A stretch of 63,013 nucleotides of DNA, counting the filler, from Candidatus Babelota bacterium (lineage in GTDB: Bacteria > JAGOBX01), in the NCBI GenBank assembly GCA_017999075.1. It is 7 parts of 7 records of this genome, joined end to end, with 100 filler letters (N's around TTAATTAATTAA, not from the genome) between each part and the next. Parts side by side here need not be neighbours in the genome. Positions count along the whole stretch, not along the records: positions 27,248 to 36,135 come from JAGOBX010000120.1; positions 36,236 to 45,106 come from JAGOBX010000121.1; 5 more parts are not named here. One strand, written 5' to 3'. Positions 28,815-40,200 of this stretch are shown in pieces. How positions within the stretch are numbered: position 1 is the stretch's first letter; each line of letters opens with the position of its first letter. The notes under the pieces were generated by a model. That model was not told the DNA's origin. It saw nothing but the letters and a program-made list of their open reading frames with translations, and made no database searches. A program made the position numbers and the translations under genes.

Positions 28815-30808
28815 TGAATAAAAAAAAAAACAGATATATAAATTTTCTGATTTGTTTTTTTATTTTATTATTTTTTATTTTTATACAAAAAATAACTGCT
28901 TCTGAAAACAAGTTTATTGATAAATTTGAAATTTTATTTTTCCCTGAAAAAATATACGAAGGACAATATTTTATTGCCGCGGCAAAAATTAAAATTAACG
29001 ATAAATATCATATAAATTCTGATAAACCTTTATCGGATTATTTAATACCAACTGTATTGGAAATAAACGGAAAATATATTGAGCAAGCTGAAATTAAATA
29101 TCCTGATCCGGAGAAAATAAAATTATCTTATTCATCTTCTGAAATAAGTGTTTTTAAAAGTGAAATCTATATTTATGCAAAAATTAAATTTGAAAGGAAA
29201 ATCATAGATGAAATAATTGAATTGAAATTAAAATTCGGATTTCAGCCGTGTGATGATTTTTCTTGTTATCCTCCATCCTCAATAGAGAAATCAGCGAAAC
29301 TTCAAACAGAAAAAAACACCAAAATTCAGAATAAGTTTTTTCCTGGCTGGTTCAAAAAAATAAATTTTGATCCGGAAAAAATATTTGTTTTTCAAGAATA
29401 TTCTGCTGACTCGGCAAAAAATAAATTGAATGAATCTTTGGAAACAATTTCAGATAAATTTAAAAAGGAAATAGTTGATGCTGCAGGAGATTCTAATTCT
29501 TCTGCAGTTACTGAAAATAAAATTTCTGCTTCGCCGGATTTAAAAGAAAAAGTTAGTGGCGGATTTGAACATGATAAAATTCTCCCCCCTACACATAAAA
29601 GTATTTTTGTTTATCTTTTTTTTGCTTTTATAGGTGGAATTATTTTAAATGTAATGCCGTGTGTGCTTCCTGTATTATCTATAAAACTTCTTGGTTTGAT
29701 AAAACAATCAGATTACAGCAGAAAAAATTTGGTAATAAGTAATTTGTATTTTATATCAGGTATATTTTTTACTTTTTTGATTATTTCTGTTATTGTGATA
29801 ATAATAAAACAGAGCGGAGGATATGTAGGCTGGGGATTTCAATTTCAAAATGCTGGTTTTATAATATTTATTTCGACAATTCTTCTTATTGTTTCTTTAA
29901 ATTTATATGGAGTTTTTGAAGTTACAGTTCCTTCTTTTGAAAAGATTCAAAATATAAAAACAAAAGTTTCGGATTTTAAATTTTCTAAATTTTTAGAAGG
30001 AATTCTTGCGACCTTACTTGCTACGCCGTGCACAGCTCCTTTTTTAGGAATATCACTTGGATTTGCATTTTCTCAAGGCCCGGTTATAATTTTATTGATA
30101 TTTTTTTTCATTTCATTAGGAATGTCAATACCATATATTGCAATAATAATTTTTCCTTCATTTATAAAATTGCTTCCCAAACCAGGTAACTGGATGATTA
30201 TATTAAAACAATTTCTAGGGTTTCCAGTTATCTTAACTGTCATATGGATGTTATGGATTTTAAATTCTCTCGCTGGAACAGATGTTTTGTTTAATGTCAT
30301 AATTTTTTATACGATAATATCTTTTTGCTGCTGGGTATTTGGAAAAATAACATATATTAAGCAGTCATTTAAATATACTATTATAATAATTTTATTGTTT
30401 TTATCGGTATTAAGCGGAAAAAAATTGCTTTTTAATAATAATGTTGTCACAAAATCTTTTTTGACAGAGAATGAAATCCAAAAATATTCTGAAGAAATAT
30501 TTTATTCGGCATTGAAAACAGATAGGATTGTTTTTTTGGAATTTACCGCTGATTGGTGTCTGACTTGCCAATTCAATAAAAAAAATGTGCTTGAATCGAA
30601 AAAAATTTTAGAATTGTTTTCTGAAAAACGTGTGTTGCACATAAGAGCAGATTGGACAACAGGGGATAAGAATATTACTTTATTGCTTAATAAATTTAAC
30701 CGTTCTGGGGTTCCACTTTATGTGATTTATCCATCTGATAAAACTAAACCTTTTTATATTATGCCTGAAATAATTACGATTAAAATGCTTGAAGAACTTA
30801 TTCAATAA
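28814..30808 (+). CDS. dsbD: Thiol:disulfide interchange protein DsbD
   Basis: N-domain QPCDDFSCYPP; TM domain MPCVLP and ATPCTAP; thioredoxin FTADWCLTC. Confidence 0.93.
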   Translation: MNKKKNRYINFLICFFILLFFIFIQKITASENKFIDKFEILFFPEKIYEGQYFIAAAKIKINDKYHINSDKPLSDYLIPTVLEINGKYIEQAEIKYPDPEKIKLSYSSSEISVFKSEIYIYAKIKFERKIIDEIIELKLKFGFQPCDDFSCYPPSSIEKSAKLQTEKNTKIQNKFFPGWFKKINFDPEKIFVFQEYSADSAKNKLNESLETISDKFKKEIVDAAGDSNSSAVTENKISASPDLKEKVSGGFEHDKILPPTHKSIFVYLFFAFIGGIILNVMPCVLPVLSIKLLGLIKQSDYSRKNLVISNLYFISGIFFTFLIISVIVIIIKQSGGYVGWGFQFQNAGFIIFISTILLIVSLNLYGVFEVTVPSFEKIQNIKTKVSDFKFSKFLEGILATLLATPCTAPFLGISLGFAFSQGPVIILLIFFFISLGMSIPYIAIIIFPSFIKLLPKPGNWMIILKQFLGFPVILTVIWMLWILNSLAGTDVLFNVIIFYTIISFCCWVFGKITYIKQSFKYTIIIILLFLSVLSGKKLLFNNNVVTKSFLTENEIQKYSEEIFYSALKTDRIVFLEFTADWCLTCQFNKKNVLESKKILELFSEKRVLHIRADWTTGDKNITLLLNKFNRSGVPLYVIYPSDKTKPFYIMPEIITIKMLEELIQ

Positions 30809-30860
30809 TGCTAATTAATATAATTTATGTTAATCAACGCTGGAATTAAGATTAAAGTTT

Positions 30861-31586
30861 TTATTTGGTCAACAATAGATTCTGTTTAATTTCGGATTTT
30901 ATTTTTTCAAGAGTTTCCAATTGAGAATCTTTGTTTTTATTTGGCGGGTCAATAGGTTTTGAGAATATAATTTTGACGTTTTGTTTTTTTACCAAATATT
31001 TATTTTTAGGCAGAATTTCATAAGTTCCGATAATCGCAACAGGAACAATTTTGATTCCTGTTTCCACGGCAAGATATAAACTTCCTCGCTTGAAATCCTG
31101 TAAATTTCCGTCAAGAGATCTGGTGCCTTCAGGGAAAATAGCGATGGATAATTTTTTTTGTTTGATAATATCAGCAGCTTTTTTTAAAGCTGCAAAAGAT
31201 TTTTTTGGATTAGACCTGTTCATCTCGATGCAATTAAGTTTTTTCATGGCTGCGCCGACAAACGGGATTTTAAAATATGTTTCTTTAGAAATCCATGCAA
31301 AATTATAAGGCAGATATCCTGATAATATGTATATATCAAATGCACTTGTATGGTTCGGGCAGAATAAATAGTTTTCTGAAGAGTCAAGGTTTTCAAGTCC
31401 TTCAATTTCAAGTTTAGAACCTGTAAGTTTAAATAAATATTTGCCCCAGTTTTTAAAAGTTTTTCGGGCTTTTTTTTCTTTTTTAAAAGTTACGAATAAA
31501 AAAATTAATATGGATACAATTACAGTTATGATAACTACTCCGCAAGCAAAATAAAGTGTTTTTAAAAACTGGATAATAGGTTTCAT
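30861..31586 (-). CDS. plsC: 1-acyl-sn-glycerol-3-phosphate acyltransferase
   Basis: NHTSAFD and FPEGTRS motifs. Confidence 0.93.
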   Translation of the reverse strand: MKPIIQFLKTLYFACGVVIITVIVSILIFLFVTFKKEKKARKTFKNWGKYLFKLTGSKLEIEGLENLDSSENYLFCPNHTSAFDIYILSGYLPYNFAWISKETYFKIPFVGAAMKKLNCIEMNRSNPKKSFAALKKAADIIKQKKLSIAIFPEGTRSLDGNLQDFKRGSLYLAVETGIKIVPVAIIGTYEILPKNKYLVKKQNVKIIFSKPIDPPNKNKDSQLETLEKIKSEIKQNLLLTK

Positions 31587-31918
31587 CTGTTTTTTGAAAA
31601 AAAACGGTTTGTCGAAGAATCCGATAAAACACTATCGGAAGAACTATCTTCGATTTTGACTATGATTTCGTTAGGTTTTAAAAGCTTATAATTATCGCGC
31701 GCAAATTTTTCCACATAGAAATCATTTGTTTTAAGGTTATCAATATCTGTTTTTAAATCTGAAATTTCGATTTTAAGATTTTCAATTTCTTTAGAAAGTC
31801 TGTTTTTTTCTTTGTTTAACCGATACCGTTTAATCAGACCGCTGTCGCTGAACAGAATAAAATGCATAACCGTTAGAAATAATATTGATGCAATTATTAT
31901 AATATTTTTTTTTTTCAT
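31583..31918 (-). CDS. ftsB: Septum formation initiator FtsB/DivIC
   Basis: TM helix, coiled coil, and YVEKFARDNYKLLKPNE. Confidence 0.88.
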   Translation of the reverse strand: MKKKNIIIIASILFLTVMHFILFSDSGLIKRYRLNKEKNRLSKEIENLKIEISDLKTDIDNLKTNDFYVEKFARDNYKLLKPNEIIVKIEDSSSDSVLSDSSTNRFFSKNR

Positions 31919-31947
31919 AAGAGTTAATTATATAATAAAATATTACC

Positions 31948-34900
31948 TTAAAAAATAATGATAACTTTAGTATTAATGCCATATTCCATATAGTCATCGC
32001 CTTCAGAAATTTTATTTTGATGTTTATTCAATCTTAAATCCGCGCTCATTCTGAAAAAATCACTCATGTCATATTGCGCGCCTACGGTAAAACCGTATTC
32101 TAAAAGATTAGACGAATTATAAGAAGTATTATCAGTTCTTTGTACAATTGTTTTTTGAAGATTAAAATTTAATGTTCCGTTAAGATTGAGTTTGTTATCG
32201 AATATCCATTTTTTATTCGTGAAAGGTTTTAATAATTTGAATGGAGAAGCAGTATAATAATTCCATGTGATTTTTGGTGTATATGAATTTGATTTTTCAA
32301 TAGTTAATCCGCTTTCAGAAACTGAATTTTTTTTATTAAAAGGCAGTCCCATATTAAAAACAGTATTAAATTTATCTGTCCACATTATTTCCATTCCCAA
32401 GCTTCTGTCATGATTAAATGTTTCTGTCAAACTTTTTTTATAATCACCTGATTCATCTTTTGAATATTTGTAATCAAAATTGAGACTTGATTTTTTTGTT
32501 TTTTTCATTAATTTAAAACTTTTTATCAAATCAAGCCTTGTATTAATCTGACCGCTTAATGAATTACTGAAATTTTCGGATGATTGACTTTGGGTAATAG
32601 ATGTTTTAGACATGTAATTATATCTGAAACTCAAAGGTTCCCAAAAATTAAATTGACCATTAACAGTGTGAGATTGAGAATTATTTGCTGAACTTCGTTT
32701 ATCAATAACAGTTGAATCGCCTTCATTTAAAGGTATTCTTGATTTGTCAAGCCAAGGCCAAATATATTTTGTGAAATAGTCATTATAAATATTTGTAAAT
32801 TTTTTATCTGTGCCAAGTTTAGAGTAACTTGCTGATACATTATTGCTGTAAGCGTAATGAACTGTAACGAATTTTAAAAAATTCCATATTTCATTTGGAC
32901 GAATATTAACATCTATAGATAATGAAGCGTTTATATTTGAATTCTTATCTTTTTCAGCTTGATTAGCATTTAAAATTTCAGTATATTTTCCGTTTAAGTT
33001 AAACCTGCTGTCAACAAATTTAAATTTTTTCCACCAGTCAGAAGGAAAAATATCAAGTTTTATTCCTGCTCCGTAATCAAGATTTTCTATCGGATCAGAG
33101 TCGGGTCTGGAGATATCGTATCTTAAATCTTTACTTTGACTTAAGTCGAATACAGGTTTAATTCCTAAGATTTTTATAATATCAACATTTATAGAAGATT
33201 GAAGAATATTATTTTCAAGACCGCTGAGTTTCATAGTAGAATGGTATTTATCTGTTATGGATAGATTCGGCTGTAATCTTATCCAGTTTAAAGGTTTTGA
33301 AGTAACTCCCATTTTTTTGTAGTATGTTACGTATTTATCAAAGGTTGACTGTTCTGTACCGAGTATATAATTTTTATCATCAATAGTATAACTATACTGA
33401 TAATTCATATCGATTCGCAATTCTTTGCCTGATGGAATTTTGTTTAATAACGGGATTTTTTTTATTAAAGCTATTTCTCCAAAAATAAATCTGTTAAAAT
33501 TTACAGAATAGCTTGCAGATGAATTAAGGCGTTTTGCTGAAAATTTGTATTTTGATTCAGTCAAATCTTTATCTGTTTCGGTGTTTTCATAATCAAGTTT
33601 TAACATAGGCAATTTATCTTTAGAAAATGATGTTGAAAAAGTTTTTGATTTTGTTCCGGTAGTTCCTATTTTACTGCGTTCGACGTCCTGTACTATATCG
33701 GGTTCAACTATAACATCGCTTTTTATATAAGTTCCGCTTACAGGAAGGGATATTCCCCATTTTGCAGGAAGAAGCCTGCCTAATGCTACGCTTCCATCGT
33801 ATGATTTTTTGATACTTTTTTCAGGAACGAACGACTGAGATACTGATGAAGAAATTTCATCCACGCTGCGAAAAGTATTTTCTCTGTAATCTTCCCTTGT
33901 ATTAAAAATGAAAATATCTTTATAAAATTTTGTTTGCCATTGAGTTTTTCTGGCAATGCCTGTTTCTTTTATTGCATCTACTACATGCAATGTATTTATA
34001 AATAAATTACCTGTAGATAAATTTGTATCTCCGATTACTCCGAATTTTATTGTTCTTATATTGTATAATGATACAATCGAAGATTGCGTTTTAATTCTGT
34101 AAGGACCTGAATCAATAGTGTATGGAGGTCTTATTGTGCTGTCGCTGATAGAATTCGAAATATTTTTAAAAACTGTGAGTGGAATTTCTATAGGTTCCCA
34201 TTTTTTTTTATCGGATGATGCTGCAGGAATTTTAAATTTATATTCATAATAATTGTTTTGATCGCCTAAACGTATAAAAGCAGTTTCACCGTTGTTTTCG
34301 GAACTTCGTACATAAAATATAAGTTTTTGATATTTTGCTATGTTTATAGAACGTCCGAAATCCCGTTCTGCATAGTATTTATACGATGGCGATGAATAAT
34401 CGGAATATCTGATGTTATTGTATTTAAGAAACAGAGAACTTTCTTTAATAGTTCCTTCTATTTCATTTTCTATTTTTCTTAAAGACATTTCTTCGGAAAA
34501 TGATGAATAATCATTATCATCGATATTGTTTTTACTTCCAGTAATGAAATATTCAGTATCGCCGTCAAGCCACATACTTCCAACGATAGAAAGGTAATCC
34601 ATATAAATATTTGCTTTTGATGGGATTATTTCTGAATTTTTTTTTGTGAAAATAAACCTTATGTGTTTAATGCTTTTATTACTTGCTCCGCCTACAGGAT
34701 TAAGATAAAAATCGCCGAGATTAATTCGGTAAAATTTGTAGGGGATTCCATCGATTATTTTTCCTGTTCCTTGAAAAGTATCAATATCGGTTATTCTAAA
34801 AAAAGATTCAATTTGATCCAGTTCTCCGTCTCCGTTCATATCTTCGGAATCAAGACGCCCGTTGCTCTGACTGCCGTCATCGCCAAGTCCGATTATTTTT

Positions 34901-36135
34901 GTTTTTCCTCCGCAATTATAAATTATTCCTATATCTTCATTGGGATTTTTATTTAGTTTTCCGTCGAGCGCATTTTTATCAGTGGCGCTTCCATTGACAT
35001 ATAATCCGTCTTCCTGATCAAGCATTCCATCTCCGTCTGCGTCTTCGTTAATTCTTCCTAAATCAATACTTATATTAAAACTGTCAGCTCCCTGAATCCA
35101 GAATTCAAGATATTTTTTTTTGGAAATATCTATGCCGTCTTTTGAAATTAAAGTTCTTACTGCAAACCAAGTATCGGAATTCGACAGTTCTGTAGTATCA
35201 TTTGATAAATCATATGAGATAATCATTGATTTTTGGTTGTCTTCATTATCTTCAAGTATTGACTTGTGTCCGATATCATTATTATTATCAATAGATGTTT
35301 CGTTAAATGTAACCCATCCTTTTTTTTCTTTCGGCAAATTTATCCAGCCGGGTTGAGACGGAGTCAAATGTGTTATCATCCATGATTTGTAACTCATATT
35401 TATATCTATTGCATCTTTAGATGATTCCATATCGTCTATCATTGCTTTTCCGTAAATATTCGGATCAAACTCGCTTCTTGCAAATTCAGTTATTAATTTT
35501 ATGTCAAACCATGATGCAGGAGGTTCTTTAATATCATTCTTTAAAAATTTATTTAGAAAATTTACAAATAAATTTGCGGGTTTTACTTCAAAATCGATAT
35601 CTCTAACCGAAGTGCTTTGAGGAGCTGCGTCTATATTAGGAATTTCTGAAGCTTTGTCATTGGTATTGAAAATCATTGTAGTTCCTACCTTTAAATTCGG
35701 GTTTACAATACCTTCGATACGTGTTCCAAGAAGAGTTTTGTTTGCGGCTGCTCCAAACGGCACTCGTTCATAATCAACTATTACACTGCTGGTTTTTGTT
35801 AATAATGAAGGATCAAGAAATATCAATAAACCGCTTTCGTAATCTATATAATAATCAACATTTCTTGTTAATGTTTTTCCGTCAACTTTAACTATTTCAC
35901 TATTTCTTACAAGATCAAAAGCATTTAGAAAAAATTGTTGATTTTGAGCTTTGACTTCAAGATAAAATCTGAATCTGCTTGTAGGATTATCTTCTATATA
36001 AATTAATGGATTAGCAAGACCGTATAATGCTGCAGACTGACTGTTGAAAGGCTGAGCAACAGGAAATTCTATCCAGCCGTCTTCGTAATCAATGAACTCG
36101 TCATCTATTTTTCCATCAGGAGCGTCATCAGCGGT
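31948..36135 (-). CDS. SprA/Sov-like large outer-membrane beta-barrel protein, 5'-truncated (>=1395 aa)
   Basis: The frame stays open past 35826 to the contig end (...NSEIVKVDGKTLTRNVDYYIDYESGLLIF...KTLLGTR). It contains IDLGRINED, SEDMNGDGELD, FIRLGDQNNYYEY and LGRLLPAKWGISLPV, with a long beta-strand-rich C-terminus ending in Phe. Confidence 0.75.
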   Translation of the reverse strand, partial: TADDAPDGKIDDEFIDYEDGWIEFPVAQPFNSQSAALYGLANPLIYIEDNPTSRFRFYLEVKAQNQQFFLNAFDLVRNSEIVKVDGKTLTRNVDYYIDYESGLLIFLDPSLLTKTSSVIVDYERVPFGAAANKTLLGTRIEGIVNPNLKVGTTMIFNTNDKASEIPNIDAAPQSTSVRDIDFEVKPANLFVNFLNKFLKNDIKEPPASWFDIKLITEFARSEFDPNIYGKAMIDDMESSKDAIDINMSYKSWMITHLTPSQPGWINLPKEKKGWVTFNETSIDNNNDIGHKSILEDNEDNQKSMIISYDLSNDTTELSNSDTWFAVRTLISKDGIDISKKKYLEFWIQGADSFNISIDLGRINEDADGDGMLDQEDGLYVNGSATDKNALDGKLNKNPNEDIGIIYNCGGKTKIIGLGDDGSQSNGRLDSEDMNGDGELDQIESFFRITDIDTFQGTGKIIDGIPYKFYRINLGDFYLNPVGGASNKSIKHIRFIFTKKNSEIIPSKANIYMDYLSIVGSMWLDGDTEYFITGSKNNIDDNDYSSFSEEMSLRKIENEIEGTIKESSLFLKYNNIRYSDYSSPSYKYYAERDFGRSINIAKYQKLIFYVRSSENNGETAFIRLGDQNNYYEYKFKIPAASSDKKKWEPIEIPLTVFKNISNSISDSTIRPPYTIDSGPYRIKTQSSIVSLYNIRTIKFGVIGDTNLSTGNLFINTLHVVDAIKETGIARKTQWQTKFYKDIFIFNTREDYRENTFRSVDEISSSVSQSFVPEKSIKKSYDGSVALGRLLPAKWGISLPVSGTYIKSDVIVEPDIVQDVERSKIGTTGTKSKTFSTSFSKDKLPMLKLDYENTETDKDLTESKYKFSAKRLNSSASYSVNFNRFIFGEIALIKKIPLLNKIPSGKELRIDMNYQYSYTIDDKNYILGTEQSTFDKYVTYYKKMGVTSKPLNWIRLQPNLSITDKYHSTMKLSGLENNILQSSINVDIIKILGIKPVFDLSQSKDLRYDISRPDSDPIENLDYGAGIKLDIFPSDWWKKFKFVDSRFNLNGKYTEILNANQAEKDKNSNINASLSIDVNIRPNEIWNFLKFVTVHYAYSNNVSASYSKLGTDKKFTNIYNDYFTKYIWPWLDKSRIPLNEGDSTVIDKRSSANNSQSHTVNGQFNFWEPLSFRYNYMSKTSITQSQSSENFSNSLSGQINTRLDLIKSFKLMKKTKKSSLNFDYKYSKDESGDYKKSLTETFNHDRSLGMEIMWTDKFNTVFNMGLPFNKKNSVSESGLTIEKSNSYTPKITWNYYTASPFKLLKPFTNKKWIFDNKLNLNGTLNFNLQKTIVQRTDNTSYNSSNLLEYGFTVGAQYDMSDFFRMSADLRLNKHQNKISEGDDYMEYGINTKVIIIF

Positions 36136-36235
36136 NNNNNNNNNNNNNNNNNNNNNNNNNNNNNNNNNNNNNNNNNNNNTTAATTAATTAANNNNNNNNN
36201 NNNNNNNNNNNNNNNNNNNNNNNNNNNNNNNNNNN
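36136..36235. other. Artificial contig linker
   Basis: N44-TTAATTAATTAA-N44. Confidence 0.99.
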
Positions 36236-36982
<747 letters not shown>

Positions 36983-37204
36983 TTATAAATTTTTATTTTT
37001 TTTTGATTTAAATATGATCACTGAATAATTAAATTTTATAAAATTTATTTGAAAAATGCAATATATATATTTAATTTTTACAATATTTATGATAGAATAA
37101 TAAAAAATTAAACCTTGAAATTAATTAAGATATATTTTTCAGTTTAACAGTTTTGTAATTAATAATCGGAAACTAAATTATTATATTAGTTCGGAGAATA
37201 GTTT

Positions 37205-40200
37205 ATGAAAGAAAATGATAATGATAATAAAATAAAATTATCCGATAATGCTAAAATTGGTATAATAAATCGCGGCGAATGCGCTATGCGTTTTATACGC
37301 GGAGTAAAAGAATATAATAAAACTTTTGGAACATCTTTGAAAACTGTGACGTTTTACCTTGATTCTGATAAAGATGCGCCTTATGTAAAATATTCTGATT
37401 ACTGTTATCCTCTGAAAAACATAAATATGTTTTTTCAGATAAAAGGCAATGTTTACATAAACCGGCCATTTATGCTGAAAGCATTGGAAATATCAGGATG
37501 TCAGGGAGTATGGGTAGGATGGGGATTTTTATCCGAAGATTCAGAATTTGCAGCTATGATAGAAAAATCAGGAATGGTTTTACTAGGTCCTTCATCAGAA
37601 GCAATGGCTCTTCTCGGAGATAAAATAAAAGCTAAAAATCTGGCAGAACAATCAAATGTATCAATATGCAACTGGAGTAAAGGACCTGTTAAATCTGTTG
37701 AAGAAGCTTATGAAATTGCAGAACTAATCGGATATCCAGTAATTATTAAGGCGGCTAATGCTGGCGGCGGCAGGGGTATACGTTTTGTAATGAATAAAGA
37801 AGAACTTGAGCGTCAGTATATTTCTGCAAAAGAAGAAACAATACGCATAACAGGCGGAGACTTATTATATATAGAACATTTTGTTAAATTCGGCAGGCAT
37901 CTTGAAGTGCAGATCGCAAGCGATAGGTTTGGGAATGTCTACGCATTCGGAGTTAGAGATTGCTCTGTGCAGAGAAAAAATCAGAAAATATTAGAAGAGA
38001 CTCCGCCAACGGACATTTCAGAATTAACTATAAATGAAATGCAGGATTCAGCTAAACGGCTTATAAAAGCCGCCAAATATCAAGGCGTAGGAACAGTAGA
38101 GTTTATTTTTGATATTAGTTCTCAAAAGTATTATTTTATGGAAGTCAATACCAGACTTCAGGTCGAACATACGGTTACAGAGCAGTTATATAATATTGAC
38201 CTTGTAAAAATTCAAATTCAAATTGCATCAAACATTGAATTGTCAATACCTGTTTTTTCCCCTAAAATTCATGTTATTGAAGCCAGGTTAAACGCTGAAG
38301 ATCCTGAAAATAATTTTGCTCCTGCTCCAGGAAAGGTTGTAGCGTTCAATATTCCGTCAGGACCAGGAATAAGGGTTGATTCAGGCATTGAAAAAGGTAC
38401 CTCTATTCCTCAGGAATTTGATTCAATGATTGCAAAAATAATTTCTTCAGGTTCTACACGTAATGAAGCATTTGCAAGACTTGAACGCGCATTGGAAGAA
38501 TTCCAGATTTTAATAGAAGGCGGGACCACCAACAAAGCATTTTTAATTGAGCTTCTGAATAATCCCGGAATAAAAAAAGGCGGAGTTTCAACAAGATATG
38601 TTGAAGATATGCTTTCTTCCACTCCTGATGTTATAAAAAGGTTTGATTGGCAGATCGCATTATTAGCGTGCGCTATTGAACAATATGCTACTAAATATAT
38701 TGAAGAATTAACTAATTTCAAGCAGCAGTTCAACAGAAGCGGGTATCCGCAAAATCTTGATATGGCATTAGGTCATCAAATATCTATCACTCATAACTCT
38801 ATAACTTATGATTTTTTTGTGAAATTTGTCGGAGAAGATATTTTTCATATAAAAATAAACGGACAGTTCATAATTGTCAAATATGTTTGGGAAGAATCAA
38901 TTGCCGTTTTATATTACAATGAAAAACGGTATAGGATACAAACTGTCACTCGCGGTAATACTATAATTTTTGAAATTAATGGAACTCCATATCCTATACC
39001 TATAGAATCAGGAGGACTGGTAAAATCACAATCGCCTGCAATGGTAATTTTTATTCCTGTGAAACTTGGACAGGAAATAAAAAAAGGGCAACTTCTTCTT
39101 TCTCTTGAAGCAATGAAAATGGAAACTACCGTTACTTCACAGGAAGACGGAATAATAAAAGAAATTTATGTTAGGCAGGGTGAACAGATAGCAGCTGGTC
39201 AGCCTTTGATAAAAATAGAACAGATGAAATCTTCTTCTATAAAAAATTCTGAATCCGAATATGAAAAAATTGATTTCAATAATATGGCTATTGATTTTAA
39301 TGATGTTTCTTCAAAAAATCTTTTTGTCATATGGAATTTTATAAAACGAGAATTTGAAGCTGTTTTTTTAGGATTCGACAACAAGGAAAAAACTACAGAT
39401 ACTTTGAACCGGACTCTTGATTTCATTGAACGTCATCCGCATTTTAAAAACCATCTTATTGAATTATTCCTAACCTGTATTGAAATGTATCTTGATATAG
39501 AATCTCTTTTTTCAAACAATGCAATTTGTACAGACAATTCAGCTGGAACAATAAGTTTTCAAGAATTGATGATGCATTATTTCAAACGTACAAAAGACAG
39601 GGAAAAGGGTATGCCTGAAGAATTTCTTACTATGCTTAACAAAGCTACAAGCTGGTATAAATCAGGAAAACTGCATGAAATTGAAAATTATACGAGAGCG
39701 ATGTTCAGAATATATAAAACACATTTCTATATAAAAATTAAAAACGAACTTCTGCATCAAATGCTTATAATTATGCAAGATAATTTAAATCCTGCAGATG
39801 TAGCTTTTACTTCTGATAAGCTGTCCGACTTGTTAGAAAAAACTGCGCAGTTAACATCATTACTCCATCCTAACATAGCTAATGCTGCATTAAACGCTCA
39901 ATATATTTTGATAAATAATTATCTTCTGCTTAAAATAAAAGAAACTAAATCGGCGTTGATAGCAGAATTGATAAAATCATTTAAGAACACAGAACATTAT
40001 TTTGCTAAACAGGAATATTATACAGGAATAATCTGTAATTTAGGAACTGAAATTATTCCTTTTCTTTTAAAATTATCAACTGACGATTCAGAATTTGATT
40101 CTGAAGAAATTAATTTAATTGGAAATGAACTTCTATCTAAACGATTTAACAGGGACAGACATATAATTGAAGCAGAAAATTTAAAAATAAATTCAACAAA

